From NCBI GenBank assembly GCA_041659365.1, contig JBAZYH010000002.1:16065-80064 (forward strand): a stretch of DNA of 64,000 nt, in the 5' to 3' direction. The DNA comes from Minisyncoccota bacterium (lineage in GTDB: Bacteria > Patescibacteriota > Minisyncoccia > Phycocordibacterales > GWA1-40-21). The position numbers and the translations under genes are program-made. The notes beneath the pieces were generated by a model. That model had not been told where the DNA came from and ran no database searches. It saw only the letters and a list, made by a program, of their open reading frames with translations. Below are positions 28,734 through 38,067 of the stretch, in pieces (the first letter of the stretch is position 1; the number at the start of each line of letters is the position of its first letter).

Positions 28734-29228
28734 ATGCCAATTACAAAAGGTAAAAAGAAAGAGTTAGTTGAAAAAATAGTAGAAGCTATTAAAGGTTCAA
28801 AATCTGTCGTCTTTGTAAACTTCAGACATTTGATTGTTGCAGATGATATGGCTATGAGAAAAGCTCTTAGAAAAGAAGGTGTCGGATACTTAGTTGTAAG
28901 AAAGACACTTGCTAAGATTGCTTTTAAAGAAGCTGGTGTCGTAGGTGATATGCCTGAAATAGTAGGAGAGCTTGCGATGGTCTATGGTGATGATCTTACA
29001 GCTCCAGCAAGAGAATTGTATTCTTTCCAGAAAAAATATAAAGACAATGTAAAAATTGTTGGAGGTATATTTGAAGGGAAATACATGAGTTTAGAAGAAA
29101 TGGTAGCAATAGCTGCTATTCCTTCACAAAAGACTCTTTATGCTCAGTTCGTTAACCTTATTAATTCTCCAATTTCTAGATTCGCGATTGTGCTTAACCA
29201 GATCGCTCTAAAAAAAGAGACAGTCTAG
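28734..29228 (+). CDS. rplJ: 50S ribosomal protein L10
   Basis: uL10: KKELVEKIVEAIKGSKSVVFVNFRHLIVADDMAMRKALRKEGVGYLVVRKTLAKIAF. Confidence 0.9.
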   Translation: MPITKGKKKELVEKIVEAIKGSKSVVFVNFRHLIVADDMAMRKALRKEGVGYLVVRKTLAKIAFKEAGVVGDMPEIVGELAMVYGDDLTAPARELYSFQKKYKDNVKIVGGIFEGKYMSLEEMVAIAAIPSQKTLYAQFVNLINSPISRFAIVLNQIALKKETV

Positions 29229-29282
29229 AGTTATAGATTCTCGCCCCGTAGCTAACTTTTCCCTTTAGAAAAGTTATGGTAC

Positions 29283-29346
29283 TGGGGTCACCAATTCAAA
29301 GATTTGCAGTTGTTCTTAGTGAAATCGCTAAAACAAAGACAGTATA
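29283..29346 (+). other. diverged duplicate of the rplJ 3' coding end (encodes ..SPIQRFAVVLSEIAKTKTV*)
   Basis: Translation parallels the true L10 C-terminus SPISRFAIVLNQIALKKETV*, although nucleotide identity is only about 65%. It lies in the rplJ-rplL spacer. Confidence 0.4.
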
Positions 29347-29386
29347 GGTTGTTAGGAATTTATTAAAAATTAATCAAATAATTAAA

Positions 29387-29779
29387 ATGGAAGAAACAAA
29401 AGTAGTTATTCCTGCAGAATTTGAAAAAATTATTGCGGAAATAGAAAAAATGTCAGTTATAGATCTTCATGAGCTTGTAAAAACTCTTGAAGCAAGATTC
29501 GGAGTATCAGCAGCGGCTGTTGCTGTTGCTGGTCCCGCTGCTGCAGCAGCTTCAACAGAAGATGAAAAATCATCATTCAAGGTTGAACTTACAGAAGCTG
29601 GAACACAAAAGATTGCTGTTATTAAAGCAGTAAAAGAAGCTCTAGGTCTTGGTCTTAAGGAAGCAAAAGATCTTGTAGATGGAGTACCTTCAATTCTTAA
29701 GGAAGATATGAAGAAGGAAGAAGCTGAGGCTTTGAAGAAAGCTGTTGAGGTAGCAGGTGGTAAGGTTACACTTAAATAA
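29387..29779 (+). CDS. rplL: 50S ribosomal protein L7/L12
   Basis: bL12: Ala-rich hinge [16 protein letters not shown]-terminal [16 protein letters not shown]...KVTLK. Confidence 0.9.
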   Translation: MEETKVVIPAEFEKIIAEIEKMSVIDLHELVKTLEARFGVSAAAVAVAGPAAAAASTEDEKSSFKVELTEAGTQKIAVIKAVKEALGLGLKEAKDLVDGVPSILKEDMKKEEAEALKKAVEVAGGKVTLK

Positions 29780-29837
29780 TACAAAATAAGTTATATATGT
29801 TCAAAAAGTTGAACTTGTTATAATTTTTTTGTAAAAA

Positions 29838-29880
29838 TACAATATAAGAGTGGTTCGCCTAAGGCGAACCCCTCTTTTAT
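29838..29880. terminator. rho-independent terminator after rplL
   Basis: aagagtggttcgcc-taag-gcgaacccctctttt. Confidence 0.6.
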
Positions 29881-29908
29881 TGTATTTTTAATTGTGTATA
29901 ATACTTGT

Positions 29909-30538
29909 ATGGATGTTTTAAGTATATTATTTGGAGGTGAAGCAAGAGTTAGAATGATGAGATTATTTCTGTTTAATCCAGAAGTAATTTTTGATATTGA
30001 TATGGTTTGTGATAAATCTAAGGTTGACATTAAGACAGTTAAGAAAGAATTTTCTATTTTAGAAAAAGCCGAATTAATAAAAGGAAAAGATTTTTCTAAA
30101 AATGTTCAGAAAAAAGTCAGAGGTAAAATGGAGGAAGTAAAAGTTAAGGCACATGGTTATTATTTAAATCAAGATTTTCCATACATGGTCTCTCTTAGGC
30201 AACTTCTTATAAGCACAAAGACTTTTGAAGGTAGTGAAATCTTAAAAAGGCTTTCTAAAGTTGGAAAGCTAAAGCTCGTTTTAGTTTCTGGTGTCTTTAC
30301 ACAAGATAATGACAGCAGGGTAGATATGCTTGTTGTTGGCAATAATTTAAATAAAACAACTTTAAGTAAAGTAGTAAAGACAATAGAAGCAGAACTCGGG
30401 AAGGAACTCGTTTATGCTTTTTTTGAAACTCCAGATTTTGAATACAGAATGGGTATGTATGATAAGTTAATAAGAGACATTATGGACTATCCTCATCAGC
30501 TTTTATTGAATAAGATAGCCAGTCATCTTTTGGTTTAG
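29909..30538 (+). CDS. hypothetical protein, possible N-terminal winged-HTH
   Basis: N-terminal EARVRMMRLFLFNP resembles an ArsR-type recognition helix. The rest is uncharacterised. Confidence 0.4.
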   Translation: MDVLSILFGGEARVRMMRLFLFNPEVIFDIDMVCDKSKVDIKTVKKEFSILEKAELIKGKDFSKNVQKKVRGKMEEVKVKAHGYYLNQDFPYMVSLRQLLISTKTFEGSEILKRLSKVGKLKLVLVSGVFTQDNDSRVDMLVVGNNLNKTTLSKVVKTIEAELGKELVYAFFETPDFEYRMGMYDKLIRDIMDYPHQLLLNKIASHLLV

Positions 30539-30617
30539 TTGAAATTATCCACAGTCATTTTTTTGGTTTGTTTTTAAATAATATTTAAAATGATATAATG
30601 GTAGGGTAAACAGGTCG

Positions 30618-31361
30618 TTGATGCTCTCGAAAGGGGCTCAGCTTTTATTAGGGTTATTAATTAATAAATTAAATAATATGATAGCTACATGGGGTGATGT
30701 CTTATCTGCTTCTTTTAAAAATATATGGTTAGGTGTTGCTGATTTTATTCCAACATTTTTAGCTGCTGTTGTTATTGCAATAGTAGGATGGATTGTTGGA
30801 GCAATATTTTTTAGACTTATATCACAATTGGTTAAACTTGCGAAAGTTGACAGTGCTCTTAGATCAGCAGGGGTAGAAAAGTTTGTTGAAAAAGCAGGCT
30901 TTAAACTTGATGCTGGTGTGTTTCTTGGTGCTTTAGTAAAATGGTTTTTCATAATCGTATTTCTAGTAGCATCTCTCGATGTATTAGGTTTAAAACAAGT
31001 TACAGCTTTTCTTAAAGATGTTGTTCTTGGATACCTACCACAAGTTATAGTAGCAGTTCTTATTGTTCTTGTTGCTGCAATTGTTGCAGAAGCAATGCAG
31101 AAGCTTGTTGTTGGTACAGCAAAGGCTGCAAACATGAAGTCAGCAAACTTTGCTGGTACAGTTACAAAGTGGTCAATATGGATTTTTGCAATACTTGCTG
31201 CAATAATGCAACTTGGTATCGCAGTTACATTTATTAATACACTTTTCACAGGTGTAATAATCGCAGTTTCACTTGCTCTTGGTTTAGCATTTGGTCTTGG
31301 TGGTCAAGATGCAGCAGCTAGATATATAGAGAAGATGAAAGGGGATATCTCAGATAGATAA
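30618..31361 (+). CDS. membrane protein with TM-helix repeats (MscS-N-terminal-like)
   Basis: Five to six hydrophobic helices with Gly/Ala-rich packing. C-terminal Lys/Arg. Confidence 0.45.
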   Translation: MMLSKGAQLLLGLLINKLNNMIATWGDVLSASFKNIWLGVADFIPTFLAAVVIAIVGWIVGAIFFRLISQLVKLAKVDSALRSAGVEKFVEKAGFKLDAGVFLGALVKWFFIIVFLVASLDVLGLKQVTAFLKDVVLGYLPQVIVAVLIVLVAAIVAEAMQKLVVGTAKAANMKSANFAGTVTKWSIWIFAILAAIMQLGIAVTFINTLFTGVIIAVSLALGLAFGLGGQDAAARYIEKMKGDISDR

Positions 31362-31704
31362 GCTTCATAAAATAAAAAAACCACCAGTAATCTAGGTGGT
31401 TTTTTTATTTTCTTAAAATGAAGCTTATCCCGTAATAATTTACAGATATTTTTATAATAAAGTTTAAAACAATATAGAAGTATTTTTTGAAAAGATAAAA
31501 CACGTTGGCGAATAGCCAATACCTCTTTTTACTAAGTGTTTTATATGTATAAAATAGGTAAAATTGTTACTGGGATTGTTAGAAGGTTCATAAGTTAAAA
31601 ATTAATAAAAGCCAATTTTACTTAGTAAAATTGGCTTTTATGTTGTATAAAATTATATTCAACATTCTTGGATTTTTCCTTGTTGACTTGTTTTAAAGTA
31701 GTAT

Positions 31705-31880
31705 AATTAAAGTAGGGTTATTAGAAAGTATTATCCGATTAATATTTTTTCAGGGAGACTAACTCTTGTTACACCTTGGTGTATCATCGAGGTCACCCAC
31801 CTAGATTTATCTAGGGTAATACTTATCCAGTAATCCTTATAGAACATCCGCCTTTCAAGGCGGATTTTCTATTTTGTAAA
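31705..31880 (+). ncRNA. candidate small RNA or leader with its own promoter and terminator
   Basis: TTGACT..TATAAT-like promoter at about 31680-31708. Structured segment with hairpins tacacc-tt-ggtgta and cctagat-tt-atctagg. Strong terminator atccgcctt-tc-aaggcggat plus a T-run at 31850-31880. No ORF. Confidence 0.3.
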
Positions 31881-32050
31881 GTTTCCGTGATTGGTTTTGA
31901 AATGATATAATTAATCCGTTAAAGTTTTTGCTGATGTGTTGAAAATGAGAAACAAATAGGTATACATTTTTTTAGATATATCTTGATAGCAAGTTTTGTG
32001 ACTATTTAACACCAACACATTTTTATCAGTAAAAATTTTCTCGGATAAAT

Positions 32051-32497
32051 ATGTTTAAACAGAAAATTTTCATTGCTTCTTTTGTGACTTTAATTATTGT
32101 AGCTAGTTTAAATTATTTTGGAGGTAAATTTTATTGGTACTGGACTTACAAATGGTTTGATATACCAATGCATATGCTTGGGGGATTATGGATCTCGCTT
32201 TTTTCTTTGTCCTTATATGCTTTTTTTTATAAAAAGCTTTCCATATTAAATTATCGTATGAACGTTTTAGGTATCGTTGCTTTTGCCGTCCTCTCTATAG
32301 GGGTATCGTGGGAACTATTTGAACTCTTAGGTGGAATAACATCTTTACATGATGGTACTAGCTATTGGATAGATACCATAAGCGATATTATGAATGATTC
32401 TATCGGCGGTTTGGTTGGTTACTTCTTCTTTATTAAGAATCGAAAATGTGAGAGTGTTTTGTCTTGTGAGACTGTTAATAATAATCAAATAAAATAA
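32051..32497 (+). CDS. small polytopic membrane protein (VanZ-like?)
   Basis: Four TM helices. DIPMHMLGG is weakly VanZ-like. Confidence 0.35.
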   Translation: MFKQKIFIASFVTLIIVASLNYFGGKFYWYWTYKWFDIPMHMLGGLWISLFSLSLYAFFYKKLSILNYRMNVLGIVAFAVLSIGVSWELFELLGGITSLHDGTSYWIDTISDIMNDSIGGLVGYFFFIKNRKCESVLSCETVNNNQIK

Positions 32498-32498
32498 T

Positions 32499-33872
32499 AT
32501 GAAACTTACTTTTTATGGAGGGACGGGTTCTGTTACTGGAGCAAACTTTTTACTTGAACATACAAGTAGGGAAGGTAAAAATATAAAGATACTTATAGAC
32601 TGTGGTCTTATGCAGGGTACAAAAATAGCAGATAGTTTCAATAGAGATCCTTTCCCATATAATCCAGAAGAAGTAGATTTTTTAATTGTTACCCATGCCC
32701 ACATAGATCATATTGGTAGAATCCCCAAGTTAGTCAAAGATGGTTTCAAGGGACGAATAATCAGTACTCCACCAACTAAGGATATTGCGGAGTATCTTCT
32801 TGAGGACACTTTAAAAATACTTGATAGTGAATCTAGAAAGAATGGTGTATTACCAATCTTTGAAAAGGAAGATGTTCTAAAAACTTTTACTTTATGGGAA
32901 ACATTAGAATATCATAAAGATTTTTCTATTTTTGATGATATAAGTATTTTTTTGAAAGACTCTGGACACATACTTGGTGCTTCTATTATAGAAATGAAGT
33001 ATGGTGATAAAAAAGTTGCTTTTACAGGAGATCTTGGTAATTCACCCTCCTTACTTTTGAGGGATACAGAGTTTATAGAAGGAGCTGATTATATAATAAT
33101 GGAGAGTGTTTATGGTGACAGAAATCATGAACCAAAAGAGAAAAGAAGACTACAACTCAAAGAGGCTATTTTAGATACAATAAAAAATAAAAAGATTTTG
33201 ATTATTCCAGCTTTCTCCCTTGAGAGAAGTCAGATGATTATTTATGAGATGAATGATTTATTTGAGAAAGAAGGTCTACAACAAATACCTGTTTTTCTTG
33301 ATTCACCGCTTGCTTCAAAAATTACCGGTATTTATAAAAAATACACATCTTATTTGAAGGATTCTGTTCAGGAAGAAATAAAGGCAGGGGACGATGTATT
33401 TTCTTTTCCTAGACTTAAATTTACTGTTTTGGCTGAAGAGTCTGAGAAGATTTCAATGATGCCGAATCCCAAAATAGTTATAGCAGGTTCAGGAATGTCT
33501 AATGGTGGTAGAATAATTCACCATGAAAAAGCACATGTCTCAGATAATAGGGCAACAATACTCCTTGTTGGGTATCAGGCTATTGGTACACTTGGAAGGC
33601 AACTTGAGGAGGGTGCAAAAACAGTAAGAATATATGGTGAAGAGATACCTGTAAAAGCCAAGATTTCAAAAATAAGTGGATATTCTTCACACAAAGATTC
33701 TGATAACTTAGTTTCTTTTATAGAAAAGGCTACTGAGACAAGTAATATTAAAAAAATATTTACTGTTATGGGTGAACCCAAAGCTTCTCTATTTCTTGTA
33801 CAAAGACTCAGGGATGAATTGGATGTTAAAGCAGAGTATCCAGAGTATGGGAGCTCAATTGAGTTGTCATAG
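32499..33872 (+). CDS. beta-CASP family MBL-fold ribonuclease (RNase J/CPSF-like)
   Basis: THAHIDHIGRIP (HxHxDH), beta-CASP motifs, and an RNA-specificity C-terminal domain. Confidence 0.8.
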   Translation: MKLTFYGGTGSVTGANFLLEHTSREGKNIKILIDCGLMQGTKIADSFNRDPFPYNPEEVDFLIVTHAHIDHIGRIPKLVKDGFKGRIISTPPTKDIAEYLLEDTLKILDSESRKNGVLPIFEKEDVLKTFTLWETLEYHKDFSIFDDISIFLKDSGHILGASIIEMKYGDKKVAFTGDLGNSPSLLLRDTEFIEGADYIIMESVYGDRNHEPKEKRRLQLKEAILDTIKNKKILIIPAFSLERSQMIIYEMNDLFEKEGLQQIPVFLDSPLASKITGIYKKYTSYLKDSVQEEIKAGDDVFSFPRLKFTVLAEESEKISMMPNPKIVIAGSGMSNGGRIIHHEKAHVSDNRATILLVGYQAIGTLGRQLEEGAKTVRIYGEEIPVKAKISKISGYSSHKDSDNLVSFIEKATETSNIKKIFTVMGEPKASLFLVQRLRDELDVKAEYPEYGSSIELS

Positions 33873-33965
33873 ATGTTATAGTTGTTTTATTTGTTGTAAA
33901 TGTAAATACAATAAACTAAAAAGGATTTTCACGAAGTGAAAATCCTTTTGTATTATTCCAGGTAT

Positions 33966-34185
33966 GTCATTGCGAGGTAATCCGTCGCAATCCAGGTTAA
34001 ATTTGTATTGTCATTCCCGCGTAAGCGGGAATCCAGGATTTGTATGGGTATTGTCTTTGTGAATGTGTAATCACCTGTGGCAATCCATGTTAATTAATTT
34101 AAAATAGATACAAACCTGGATTGCGACCACGTAAAAATGATTACATTCACGTGGCACAGCGTCGGATTACCTTCTCGCAATGACA
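33966..34185. repeat. hotspot of family 1 palindromic repeats (at least four copies or variants)
   Basis: gtcattgcgaggtaatccgtcgcaatccaggttaa; the variant gtcattcccgcgtaagcgggaatccagg; ggcaatccatgttaatt; and an inverted aacctggattgcg..ctcgcaatgac split by a hairpin. Confidence 0.6.
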
Positions 34186-34216
34186 AAAAATATAAATTAA
34201 TAAATAACAAATAATA

Positions 34217-34245
34217 AAAAAACCGCTTAGAGCGGTTTTTTTATT
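34217..34245. terminator. terminator of the infC-rpmI-rplT operon
   Basis: aaaaaaaccgc-ttag-agcggttttttt. Confidence 0.6.
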
Positions 34246-34588
34246 ATTTAGCTTTTTCTACGATTTTCTTGAAAACTTCTGGATTGTCATTTGCTAGTAT
34301 AGAAAGTATTTTTCTGTCGATTTCTATATTTTGTTTCTTTAGGCTACCCATGAATTTGCTGAATGTAGTGCCGTTATCTCTTAGGGAAGCGTTTATTCTT
34401 ACATTCCATAATCTTCTTGCATCTCCCTTTTTATCTCTTCTGTGAGCAAAAGCGCTTGCACCAGCATGCATTATTGCAGTGATTGCTTCAGCTTCCTTGC
34501 TCTTTCTGTTTAAACGATAACCTTTGGTCATCTTTAAAACATTTTTTCTTGTTTTATTTTTGGTTGTACCTCTTTTAACTCTTGTCAT
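34244..34588 (-). CDS. rplT: 50S ribosomal protein L20
   Basis: bL20: MTRVKRGTTKNKTRKNVLKMTKGYR... Confidence 0.9.
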   Translation of the reverse strand: MTRVKRGTTKNKTRKNVLKMTKGYRLNRKSKEAEAITAIMHAGASAFAHRRDKKGDARRLWNVRINASLRDNGTTFSKFMGSLKKQNIEIDRKILSILANDNPEVFKKIVEKAK

Positions 34589-34623
34589 TGTATTATTTTA
34601 CTTATTTATAAATTATTCTGTAT

Positions 34624-34812
34624 TTAAAACATTCCTGGAAGGAATCTTGCTTTTACTTTGTTACTAAAGTGGAATGCCATGGATCTCTTTTTGTTTTGCT
34701 TTTGACTACCGCTTTCTTTTGCATTGAAGTGGTTTTGACCAGCTTTTCTACCGATGATTTTACCGTTTTTGGTTACTTTCAATCTTTTTGTAAATGATTT
34801 ATTTGTTTTCAT
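34624..34812 (-). CDS. rpmI: 50S ribosomal protein L35
   Basis: bL35: MKTNKSFTKRLKVTKNGKII.. at 62 aa. Confidence 0.85.
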   Translation of the reverse strand: MKTNKSFTKRLKVTKNGKIIGRKAGQNHFNAKESGSQKQNKKRSMAFHFSNKVKARFLPGMF

Positions 34813-34828
34813 TTTATTAATAAATTAA

Positions 34829-35350
34829 TTATGCTTTTTTATTCAATCTCTCTATAACTGTGGTTAAACCTTTTGGACCCCTTTGTGGTGCTTCCGCAAT
34901 TTTATATTCCTCGGTTACTAGTTTAAACATTCTTTCTAATCTTTCTTGTAGAAAGTTGTTATTTAGATATTTTGCTCTACCAGTAAGGAAAAGGTTAAGT
35001 TTAACTCTATGACCTTCTTTTAACCACTCGGAAGCTTTCTTTGCTTTGAGTTCTAAATCGTGGTCATCTGTACCTATTTTGACTTGAATACTCTTTACTT
35101 CGATGTTTTGTATCTTCGATTTGGAGTCTTTCAATTTCTTCTTTTCAGTGTATTGAAATTTACCATAATCCATTATTTTTGCAACTGGTGGAATAGCGTT
35201 TGGTGATATTTCTATCAAATCCAAACCCATCTCTTGTGCTTTCTTCAAAGCGTCGCTTGTGGACATTACTCCCAAGTTTTGGCCATCATCTGTGATGACT
35301 CTAAGCTCGGCGACTCTTATTTGATGATTTATTCTTACTCTAATATTCAA
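34829..35350 (-). CDS. infC: translation initiation factor IF-3 (TTG start)
   Basis: IF3 N- and C-domains (..INHQIRVAELRVITDDGQNLGVMSTSDALKKAQEMGLDLIEISPNA..). The initiation codon at 35350-35348 is TTG. Confidence 0.9.
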   Translation of the reverse strand: MNIRVRINHQIRVAELRVITDDGQNLGVMSTSDALKKAQEMGLDLIEISPNAIPPVAKIMDYGKFQYTEKKKLKDSKSKIQNIEVKSIQVKIGTDDHDLELKAKKASEWLKEGHRVKLNLFLTGRAKYLNNNFLQERLERMFKLVTEEYKIAEAPQRGPKGLTTVIERLNKKA

Positions 35351-35380
35351 GGTGTTTAAATAATGATTTATGAGTCTTAT

Positions 35381-36007
35381 TTATAGCATATTTTCTTTTT
35401 TATGGCAACAAAAGATTGATGTCAATATGTAACATATTGAGCCAAGTAAGATACCACCTAAGACATCTGAAATCCAATGGACAGAAAGATAAACTCTACT
35501 TATTGCAACTAGTGGAAATATTATAGAAGTGCAGGTAATAAAAGTTATTTTAGAAAAATTATTCTTTATATGTGGTGATATTATAAAAATCGAAGAAAAG
35601 AAGAAAACCGTCGATATAGTGGCGTGACCGCTAGGGAAGCTATAACCAGTCTCTATTAGTATGTTGCTTATAGGGCGTGCTCTTTCTATGAGATTTTTGA
35701 GTAATTCTGGTAGTAATGTTCCTAGAGCGGTGACTATTGTAAAGAAATAAAAAGGATATTTTCTTCTTTTTGATATTATAAAGAATGCAAAAACTATAAA
35801 AATTAAGAGAGATTCATAAGTATTTCCTATTTTAGTGACTGAGAGCATTGTTTGGTCTAGAAGAGGAGAGTGGAGTGTACTCGAGAAAGTTTGTGCACTT
35901 TTATCAAAAGATAATAGTGGTTTGTAGTTTATTGTTACACTAAATATTAATAAGACAAAAAATATTAGACAGATAATTAAAATTAGTTTTTTATTTTTGA
36001 GAGACAT
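35381..36007 (-). CDS. PAP2-family lipid phosphatase
   Basis: YSFPSGHATISTVFF is the PAP2 motif, plus the KxxxxxxRP region. Six TM helices. Confidence 0.7.
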   Translation of the reverse strand: MSLKNKKLILIICLIFFVLLIFSVTINYKPLLSFDKSAQTFSSTLHSPLLDQTMLSVTKIGNTYESLLIFIVFAFFIISKRRKYPFYFFTIVTALGTLLPELLKNLIERARPISNILIETGYSFPSGHATISTVFFFSSIFIISPHIKNNFSKITFITCTSIIFPLVAISRVYLSVHWISDVLGGILLGSICYILTSIFCCHKKENML

Positions 36008-36080
36008 GGAGGTATTTTAACATAAATCTAATATAGATTATAAAGAAAAACCCACTAGAGCAGGTTTTTCTGTTGGTGGG

Positions 36081-36230
36081 TTAAGGATAATAGTTTCCAT
36101 GATGTATTGGTCCAACATGACGTTCACGTGGCTTTTTGGGTTGTAGCCGACCAAAGTTTTTTTTGCTTTCCAAAAAACTTTGTATTGCCTGAAGTATGCG
36201 TTTTTTCAGTGGAGACATTTTCTTTTCCAT
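36081..36230 (-). CDS. small basic protein (49 aa), paralog A
   Basis: MEKKMSPLKKRILQAIQSFLESKKNFGRLQPKKPRERHVG... with an aaaggag SD. Not in the ORF track because it is under 60 aa. Confidence 0.35.
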   Translation of the reverse strand: MEKKMSPLKKRILQAIQSFLESKKNFGRLQPKKPRERHVGPIHHGNYYP

Positions 36231-36333
36231 TTAAGAACTCCTTTCTGTAAAAATAGTATCAAAAGATATTAAAAATAGTATTAAAATAAAAAAACCCACC
36301 AACAAAAACGGTAGGTTTTTCTTACTTAGTGGG

Positions 36334-36483
36334 TTAATAAACATTCTTGTTACGTCTGTTAGTCACAGGACGTCTACGTGAAGATCTGGGAAAAGGTTCG
36401 TCAGGAAGCTTCTTGCTTTCCTGATAACTTTTTATTGCCGCCATTGTTTCTTTTCTTAATGGTGATAACTTCGGCTTTTTCAT
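36334..36483 (-). CDS. small basic protein (49 aa), paralog B
   Basis: MKKPKLSPLRKETMAAIKSYQESKKLPDEPFPRSSRRRPVTNRRNKNVY with an aaagga SD. Paralogous to 36081..36230, and followed by a similar ACCCACC terminator. Confidence 0.4.
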   Translation of the reverse strand: MKKPKLSPLRKETMAAIKSYQESKKLPDEPFPRSSRRRPVTNRRNKNVY

Positions 36484-36596
36484 TGCGGATTCCTTTCTGT
36501 AAAATACAATAGCACCTGAAGGGGTAGAAGACAAGAAAAAAAATACGGCGTGTCACAAAATTCGTGACACGTCGTTTATTTTTTATTGTTATCTTC

Positions 36597-38015
36597 TTAC
36601 TTCGTCAGTATTGCCGTCCCTGTTTTGTTTTTGTAGTAGGTATATGAAAGGTTGACTGTCCTGTTGAAACAATCTGCCGGAGGGATTTCGCCAGTAGACG
36701 GATCAACTGTGTCACTTGAAAAAACAAAAGTCATATTGATTGAGAGTTTTGTCTTGACCATGGGGTTTGTTAATCCATAGTTGGCTAAGGCTTCAGCAAA
36801 TACACATTTAGGATAGGTTATTGACCATTTCCCTAGTTTTGCTGAACCAGCCGCTCTCTCAGATATTTTAAAAACACTGCTGTTGTTTGTATTCAAAGAT
36901 GAGATATCTGTAACCCCATCGAGAAACACACGTGCCGAAGTGAACTTAATATCCTTTGGAACAAGTACCGATCCGGAGAAGCTGATATAGTCGCTGTTTG
37001 TCTTGGCGAAGTTCAGCTTAACGGAAGTACTTGTAAGTTCAAAGAACATCGATTCGGGACACCATGTTGGCCAACAAGAGAAGTAGGGGTTTGAAGACAC
37101 CCCGTTGACTACTTCTTGAATACCCAGAACTTCTCCGTTTTCGTTTATATCGGCAGAAAAGATCCGGTACATCACCTGATAAGTACCGTCGTAATACGAT
37201 CCGGTATACTCGTAAGTGGTGTACAAAATCTTTGTTCCTTCCGGGTTTACGAAAGCTTCTTTCGCGTCACCCAGCTGGCTGAGAAGTTTTGCTTCTTGAC
37301 CAGGAACTAGATAATACGCTCCGCTGTAACTCGAAACGACGAAGCGACTATCATAGCTCATTGAAAGCCGATTGGCAGATATATACAATGATTTATCGGC
37401 CGAATATGGAACTGGACTAGGCACAACACCGTGATTTTGAGGGGTTCGGATGTAGATATGAATACCGTTATATCCGTTGATTGCCGAATATCCGATATCC
37501 TTATTTTCCTTTGTTAAACCCCAACAAGCATATCCATCGGCTGATAGAGCAAGACCATAACCTGGCCCAACTCGTCCACTTGAAGAATAGCTTAGTCGAG
37601 AACTTCCAGTACGATTTGACTGATAGAATGTACCCGTGTGAAAGGCAGATACTATCGGCATTTCGTCATTGGAGGAACCATAAGGATCCCGCGTTGTTTG
37701 TTGTGTTGTGTATCCGCCCATCCATTTGCTATAGAATAACCTTTGGCCGTGAGACCCGCTTGTCTCCGTTTTGTCGTACCACAGGTATTTTCCATTTACG
37801 AACGGATGGCCAAAGTTGATCTTTTGGCTTGCCAGCTGAGTAGCTAACACAATTTTTGTACCGGGGTTGTAAGAGTCTGCTCTGTAGAGAGCATTCCCGT
37901 CAGTAAAGACGATCCAGTGATCTTCTGCTTTACCGATAGTGGCGATCATAACGAACGCACACACACATAGAGCAATGATAGCTTTGATAGCTTTCATTTT
38001 TTTGTCCTTGGGCAA
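36597..38015 (-). CDS. secreted hypothetical protein, Tyr/Ser/Gly-rich (beta-rich fold likely)
   Basis: Signal peptide MKAIKAIIALCVCAFVMIATIGKA. High GC. No catalytic motif recognised. Confidence 0.5.
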   Translation of the reverse strand: MPKDKKMKAIKAIIALCVCAFVMIATIGKAEDHWIVFTDGNALYRADSYNPGTKIVLATQLASQKINFGHPFVNGKYLWYDKTETSGSHGQRLFYSKWMGGYTTQQTTRDPYGSSNDEMPIVSAFHTGTFYQSNRTGSSRLSYSSSGRVGPGYGLALSADGYACWGLTKENKDIGYSAINGYNGIHIYIRTPQNHGVVPSPVPYSADKSLYISANRLSMSYDSRFVVSSYSGAYYLVPGQEAKLLSQLGDAKEAFVNPEGTKILYTTYEYTGSYYDGTYQVMYRIFSADINENGEVLGIQEVVNGVSSNPYFSCWPTWCPESMFFELTSTSVKLNFAKTNSDYISFSGSVLVPKDIKFTSARVFLDGVTDISSLNTNNSSVFKISERAAGSAKLGKWSITYPKCVFAEALANYGLTNPMVKTKLSINMTFVFSSDTVDPSTGEIPPADCFNRTVNLSYTYYKNKTGTAILTK

Positions 38016-38067
38016 ATGCCCCGTTTTGTTTTTTTTGACATCTAATCCGAAGACTAGAGCATGACAG

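Noticed and set aside
30638-31249. 203-aa minus-strand ORF
   Set aside because: Antisense to the TM-helix membrane protein gene, with low-complexity Ala/Thr-rich shadow translation.
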